64,000 nucleotides of DNA from Minisyncoccota bacterium. GTDB taxonomy: Bacteria > Patescibacteriota > Minisyncoccia > Phycocordibacterales > UBA2100. Positions within the stretch are counted from its first letter, which is position 1, and each line of letters opens with the position of its first letter. The translations under genes were made by a program, and so were the position numbers. A model generated the notes under the pieces. That model was not told where the DNA came from, did no database searches, and saw only the letters and a program-made list of their open reading frames with translations. The stretch lies in contig OZ253947.1 in assembly GCA_965267345.1 (NCBI GenBank), forward strand, positions 266,814 through 330,813, in the 5' to 3' direction. Below, piece after piece: positions 58,972 through 64,000 of the stretch.

Positions 58972-60342
58972 ATGGCGAAGAACGGCAGTAAGAAAAAGAA
59001 TGTGTTCCAAAAGCTCCTCGCACTTGAGTTGTTGAAAACGCATTACTTTGGACTTTCTATCACACCGCTATTTAATACACTTCTCGGTGCACTCGCGCTG
59101 TGGGCATTTATTGCATACCCGACACTGTTTTGGACGACACTTGCGTGGCTCTTGGCACTATCGGTCATTTGGGCACCAGTTGCACTGATGCAAATGGCAA
59201 TTGGAGCGTGGCGTGACTACATCCGCTCAGCATTTATTCTTGAGCAAGAAAAAGTGTTGCTCGAAATTAAGATTCCACGCCACATTTACAAAACACCACG
59301 CGCAATGGAATTGGTCTTTTCCGGACTCAACATTGGTCCAGGAGAAACAACCTTTATTAAAAAGTGGTGGGACGGGAAGCTGCGCCCGTGGTGGTCGCTC
59401 GAGCTCGTCTCCTTTGAAGGGAAGATTCACTTCTACATTTGGACACAACGCAAGTTTGTCGACTTCACCATGGCGCAGATCTATGCTCAGTATCCGAACG
59501 TTGAAATCTATGAGGTAGACGACTATACATCGGGTGTCTTTTTTGATCCGGCAACGATGAAAGTATGGGGTATGGAGTATGAATTTGCGAAATCTGATGC
59601 GTACCCACTAAAAACCTATGTCGACTTTGAACTCGACAAAGAAGCGCACAAGAGCGAGCAGGTAATTGACCCGCTCTCGGAAGTGTTTGAGAAGATGAGC
59701 TCGCTGGAAAAGGGCACTATGATGTGGGTGCAGTTCATTATTCGACAACACAAGCGCAACAAGCTTGGACCAATGTTCTGGACTAAAGGTACAAATTGGA
59801 AGGACGAAGTGCAGGCCGAAATTGAAGACATCTACCGCAAGGCAACGCCCGATTTCAACAACATTCTCACCGGCGAAACTGAGGCAGGCTTTGCACAGCT
59901 CAAACCGGCCGACATCGTCAAAATCAAGGCACTCGAGCGCAGTATTGAAAAAACAGCGTACGACGTCGGTATTCGTTCGGTACTGCTCGGAAAAAAAGAC
60001 ACGTTCCCCGGACATAAAATTCCGCAGTACGTGGTGAAGCTCTTTAATCCGTTTGCCTCAGGTCACCTCAATGAGCTCAACCCCGCGCCGTACTGGAACG
60101 TGACGTTGAACTATCCATGGCAAGATTTTCGTGATCGCAAGGATCGCAAATACTCCCACGGCGTACTTGATGCATATAAGCGCCGTGCTATGTTTTACGC
60201 ACCGTACGATCACGAGCGTGTGATTCTTACTACTGAGGAGTTGGCAACGCTGTACCACTTCCCAACAGAGGAAACACGCGCACCGGGACTTGAGCGCATA
60301 ACGTCGACGAAGGGCGAGCCACCAAAGAACCTCCCTGTATAA
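58972..60342 (+). CDS. Membrane-anchored hypothetical protein of a type common in Patescibacteria
   Basis: N-terminal TM helices, LLEIKIP, SLELVS, IYAQYPNVEIYEVDDY, YPLKTYVDFE, ILTTEELATLYHFP. Confidence 0.7.
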   Translation: MAKNGSKKKNVFQKLLALELLKTHYFGLSITPLFNTLLGALALWAFIAYPTLFWTTLAWLLALSVIWAPVALMQMAIGAWRDYIRSAFILEQEKVLLEIKIPRHIYKTPRAMELVFSGLNIGPGETTFIKKWWDGKLRPWWSLELVSFEGKIHFYIWTQRKFVDFTMAQIYAQYPNVEIYEVDDYTSGVFFDPATMKVWGMEYEFAKSDAYPLKTYVDFELDKEAHKSEQVIDPLSEVFEKMSSLEKGTMMWVQFIIRQHKRNKLGPMFWTKGTNWKDEVQAEIEDIYRKATPDFNNILTGETEAGFAQLKPADIVKIKALERSIEKTAYDVGIRSVLLGKKDTFPGHKIPQYVVKLFNPFASGHLNELNPAPYWNVTLNYPWQDFRDRKDRKYSHGVLDAYKRRAMFYAPYDHERVILTTEELATLYHFPTEETRAPGLERITSTKGEPPKNLPV

Positions 60343-60350
60343 CATTGCAT

Positions 60351-61418
60351 ATGTTTTCACATTTTCTTGCACAATTGCGCATGTTGTTGTCACGATGGTG
60401 GGTCCGCACCGTGTACTGGTATGAGTACGCGTACGACTACATTTGGGAGTGGCGGATGCAACGACTGCACACGCTCAACCAACGCACGTTTCTCGTGTCG
60501 CTCATTTTGATTGGGGGCCTCGTCGGCGCGTATTTCACCGGCATTGCCGCACCGGCATTTGATGAGGAAACACTGGTAACCATTGAGCAGGGTGCGCCGC
60601 TGCAGGACATTGCGCAAACACTTGAAGACGAGGGAGTCATTCGCAGCAGTTGGTGGCTCACCCAAATTGTGCGCCTGCGTGGCGGTGAGCAGTCAGTTCA
60701 CGCGGGTGACTACCTGTTCCGCACTCCACGGAATGCCATTGTGGTGACGCGTGTCATCACCACCGGCGCCTTTGGTCTTGAGCCGGTGCGCATCACCGTT
60801 CCCGAAGGAGCAACGGTTGCTGACATGGCTATTATTTACGATCGCCGTTTGTATAAGTTTGATCCAAATGCGTTTATTGCTGAAGCAACCGAATTAGAAG
60901 GATACCTCTTTCCTGACACCTATCACTTTTTGCCAAACGTCACCCACTCGCAAGTCATTGGTGCAATGAGTGACAACTTCGACACCCACATCGAAGAGTA
61001 TCTACCCGCAATTGATGCCTCAGGCTACACGCTGCACGAAATTCTCACCCTTGCGTCAATTATTGAAAAAGAGGCGAGCAACGTGCGTGACCGGCAGCTC
61101 ATCTCCGGTGTGCTACACAATCGCCTCGACATCGGCATGAAGCTGCAGGTTGATGCAACGTTTACGTACACGCACGACAAAGGTACCTACGACATTACGC
61201 GCGCCGAGCTCCTCGACGAGAGCAACTTGTACAATACGTACGTACACGAAGGACTGCCGCCGGGACCAATTGCCGCGCCGAGTGAGTCGTCAATCTACGC
61301 GGCACTGCACCCAATTGAGAATGACTACATTTTTTACCTTGCCGACCGCAGTGGCCGCACCTACTACAGTAAAACCTACGAGCAACATCTGATTAAAAAG
61401 TCGATATACATTGACTAG
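60351..61418 (+). CDS. mltG: Endolytic transglycosylase MltG
   Basis: ITVPEG, LEGYLFPDTY, LASIIEKEA, YNTYVHEGLPPGPI; start uncertain. Confidence 0.93.
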   Translation: MFSHFLAQLRMLLSRWWVRTVYWYEYAYDYIWEWRMQRLHTLNQRTFLVSLILIGGLVGAYFTGIAAPAFDEETLVTIEQGAPLQDIAQTLEDEGVIRSSWWLTQIVRLRGGEQSVHAGDYLFRTPRNAIVVTRVITTGAFGLEPVRITVPEGATVADMAIIYDRRLYKFDPNAFIAEATELEGYLFPDTYHFLPNVTHSQVIGAMSDNFDTHIEEYLPAIDASGYTLHEILTLASIIEKEASNVRDRQLISGVLHNRLDIGMKLQVDATFTYTHDKGTYDITRAELLDESNLYNTYVHEGLPPGPIAAPSESSIYAALHPIENDYIFYLADRSGRTYYSKTYEQHLIKKSIYID

Positions 61419-61446
61419 CGCTCGTGCATGACATAGGTTGACTCCC

Positions 61447-62520
61447 ATGACCGACACTCAACAAAACGTGTACGTTGCCGTATCCGGCGGTGTCGACAGC
61501 GCCGTAGCCGCCCACAAGCTCGTACAGCAGGGCTACCATGTCACCGCGGTGTTTATGCGTGTGTGGCAACCCGACTTCATTCCCTGCACACAAGATGAGG
61601 ATGAGCGAGCAGCACTACGCGTCGCTGCTGCACTCGGTGTGCCGTTTCGCATTGCCAATCTCACACAGGAGTATAAACGCGACGTTATTGATGCAATGCT
61701 TGCCTCGTATGAGCGCGGGGCAACCCCAAATCCCGACGTGCTCTGTAACCGCGCTATTAAATTCGGTGCGTTTCGCACGTGGGCACACGAACAGGGCGCT
61801 GATCTGATTGCAACCGGCCATCACGCGCAGCGCCGCGAAAATGCCGACGGCACGTACGCCCTCGTGCGCGGGATCGACCCACGCAAAGATCAGGTGTACT
61901 TTCTCTGGACACTCACGCAGGATGATCTCGCCCATACGCTACTGCCTATTGGCGGCATGGCGAAAGCAGACGTACGCGCGTACGCACAGCAGTACAATCT
62001 GCCAAGTGCAACACGTCCCGACAGCCAAGGCCTCTGCTTCATCGGCCACGTCGACATGAAAGAGTTTCTCTCTCACTACATCACTACCACATCCGGTGAT
62101 GTGCTCAATGAGGTAGGTGAGGTTATTGGCACGCACGACGGCGCACAGCTCTATACACTCGGCCAGCGCGGCGGCTTTACCATCACGCAGGGTGCCTTGC
62201 AGGGAACCGTTGCCTACGTCGTTGCCAAGGACACCGCAGCAAATACCATCACCGTATCGCGCGAGCCACTACCGGCAACTATCGCCACGCAAACGCTCAC
62301 CCTTGAGCGATGCAATTGGATCAACGGCACACCAACGAACGATACGGCATATACGTGTGAGATTCGCTACCACGGCGAGCCTATTCCGTGTCGCGTTACC
62401 ACTAACGGCGACACGGCGACACTCACACTCGACATCGCAGTACTCGTCGCCCGCGATCAGTCAGTTGTTGTCTATGACGGCGAAGAGTGCCTAGGTGGCG
62501 GGGTTCTTGTTCAACAATGA
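61447..62520 (+). CDS. mnmA: tRNA 2-thiouridine(34) synthase
   Basis: SGGVDS, TPNPDVLCNRAIKF, ATGHHA, KDQVYFL, DSQGLCFIG, YTLGQR. Confidence 0.96.
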   Translation: MTDTQQNVYVAVSGGVDSAVAAHKLVQQGYHVTAVFMRVWQPDFIPCTQDEDERAALRVAAALGVPFRIANLTQEYKRDVIDAMLASYERGATPNPDVLCNRAIKFGAFRTWAHEQGADLIATGHHAQRRENADGTYALVRGIDPRKDQVYFLWTLTQDDLAHTLLPIGGMAKADVRAYAQQYNLPSATRPDSQGLCFIGHVDMKEFLSHYITTTSGDVLNEVGEVIGTHDGAQLYTLGQRGGFTITQGALQGTVAYVVAKDTAANTITVSREPLPATIATQTLTLERCNWINGTPTNDTAYTCEIRYHGEPIPCRVTTNGDTATLTLDIAVLVARDQSVVVYDGEECLGGGVLVQQ

Positions 62521-62712
62521 CACATCCAGTCGAACCGTCTAAACCGCTATTTTGACGTCATAATAGCGCTTTAGGCATGTGTTTCGACTAATCGAAACAC
62601 AGCCCGTCACATATGATAATGTAGGATACCTTGGTGGTAGCGCTTTGGCGTGAGAAAAAATAAAATGCCATTTTGCACTGGAACAGGTTCGCACATGTGG
62701 TAGGGTTTAGGT

Positions 62713-64000
62713 GTGGCTACATTATTGCAAAAGCGGACAGTGGATGAAGTAGTAAGACGCTACGCTGCAGAGTACGGAATTGAAGAAAGTCGAGCTTTTC
62801 TCTTTTTGGTTATTGAGAAATTTTTTTCTTCTGCCGGCTTTGAAAGTTTTGAGCTTAATTCAATCGACATCGAGGCTTCGATTGTCGACGGTTCAGATGA
62901 CTGCGGTATAGATGCAATTGTCATAGATGAGGAGAGTGAATCCCGCCCTGCAGTGTACATTTTTCAGTCAAAATACCACACTGCGCAAAACTCGCATGAA
63001 AAAGCATTTCCAGGATCGGAAATTACTAAACTAAAAAATGCCACCAAGGACTTTGTACTGAGGGAACAGATCAGTTCTAAATACCAAAACGCTCGGCTCA
63101 TCGACCGCCTTCATTCAGTAAGGAATTTATTTGTTGAAAATCCTCGTTTTATCCTTGTATTTTGCTCAAACGGAAAAGAACCCCATGGAGGAGCGAGATC
63201 ACAATTAGAGGATTTCATAGAGGATACAAATGCTACCTCCGGTGCAGAGTATTTCGGTGTCCAGTATATTGATATTGAACGACTCACACGAGAGTTCCTT
63301 GCACCTGCTCAGTCAAAACCTATCGACTTTAAGCTGCAGACGTCTGGAAAGTATATGACTGACGATAGCGGCGACGTACGCCTTTTCTTAGGTGCTGCAA
63401 AAGGACATGCTTTGGCACAATTGGTCGAAGAAAATGGAGATCGTCTTTTTGAGAAAAACGTCCGCGGATTCCTCAAGAAGTCTAATCCTATTAACAAAGG
63501 TATTATTCGATCCGCCACAACAGACACCAGTCCGTACTTCGTATACATGAATAATGGTGTGACAATAACTTGTGAAAAGTATTCGTTTTCCCCAGTCGAT
63601 TCCTCACCAAACCTCAGTCTCAAAAACGCTCAAATAGTTAACGGGCAACAAACTGTCAGATCTCTGGCGCAAGCGCAAAAAGAGAAAATTCTCAAGGAGG
63701 ATGTAAGAGTTTTGATACGTATCGTCGAAACCACTAATGCCGATTTGCTCCCTCAAATTGTCGAAGCAACCAACAGTCAAACAAAAGTTACTTCAAGAGA
63801 CTTGCATTCAAATGACGAGATACAGCGACTTATTGAAAGTGCTTTAAAACAGAAAGGTTACTTTTATGAAGCGCGGAAAAATAAATACCAAGGGAAAAAG
63901 TCTACGTCAAAGCGAGTCGATGCCGAAATAGCAACACAGGCTTACGTTGCATGTTTTAAAGAGCGCCCTGCATACGCAAAAGACAGGAAGAGTGCATTGT
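62713..64000 (+). CDS. AIPR-family (abortive infection phage resistance) protein, 3' truncated, AT-rich
   Basis: Open frame from GTG 62713 to the window end (absent from the track): DGSDDCGIDAI, FQSKY, LFEKNVRGFL, YMNNGVTI, QIVNGQQT, ATNSQT. Confidence 0.88.
   Translation, partial: MATLLQKRTVDEVVRRYAAEYGIEESRAFLFLVIEKFFSSAGFESFELNSIDIEASIVDGSDDCGIDAIVIDEESESRPAVYIFQSKYHTAQNSHEKAFPGSEITKLKNATKDFVLREQISSKYQNARLIDRLHSVRNLFVENPRFILVFCSNGKEPHGGARSQLEDFIEDTNATSGAEYFGVQYIDIERLTREFLAPAQSKPIDFKLQTSGKYMTDDSGDVRLFLGAAKGHALAQLVEENGDRLFEKNVRGFLKKSNPINKGIIRSATTDTSPYFVYMNNGVTITCEKYSFSPVDSSPNLSLKNAQIVNGQQTVRSLAQAQKEKILKEDVRVLIRIVETTNADLLPQIVEATNSQTKVTSRDLHSNDEIQRLIESALKQKGYFYEARKNKYQGKKSTSKRVDAEIATQAYVACFKERPAYAKDRKSAL

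Noticed and set aside
62608-62635. dif-like site (ATAATGTAG)
   Set aside because: Only a short partial match; no XerD arm (TTATGTTAAAT)

Overview
Gene-dense bacterial chromosome segment, roughly 50-55% GC by eye. The gene set and streamlined protein architectures point to a Patescibacteria/CPR (Parcubacteria-like) genome; this taxonomy is an inference. It is mostly housekeeping: rel, topA, dprA, serS, dus, dnaX, typA, DEAD-box and Pif1-like helicases, folD, uvrBAC, murB, ddl, a complete atpBEFHAGDC operon, an RND pump with adaptor, ychF, leuS, mltG, mnmA, tRNA-Gln and tRNA-Ala. Most notable: (1) a promoter-to-terminator non-coding unit at ~52312-52486 made of four UNCG hairpins with 34/34/35-nt periodicity, followed by a ~193-bp element of nested hairpins bounded by inverted repeats; (2) an alphaproteobacterial-type GcrA gene inserted between dprA and topA, with an SSB-like C-terminal tail (DGDSIPF); (3) a 200-bp structured element ending in a degenerate copy of the tRNA-Gln 3' end, just before an AT-rich asnB; (4) a translation-signal split, with many core genes apparently leaderless and orphan small ORFs carrying strong Shine-Dalgarno sites; (5) several small ORFs missing from the ORF track; (6) an AT-rich AIPR gene that runs off the right edge. 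All calls come from motif recognition by eye; no searches were run.
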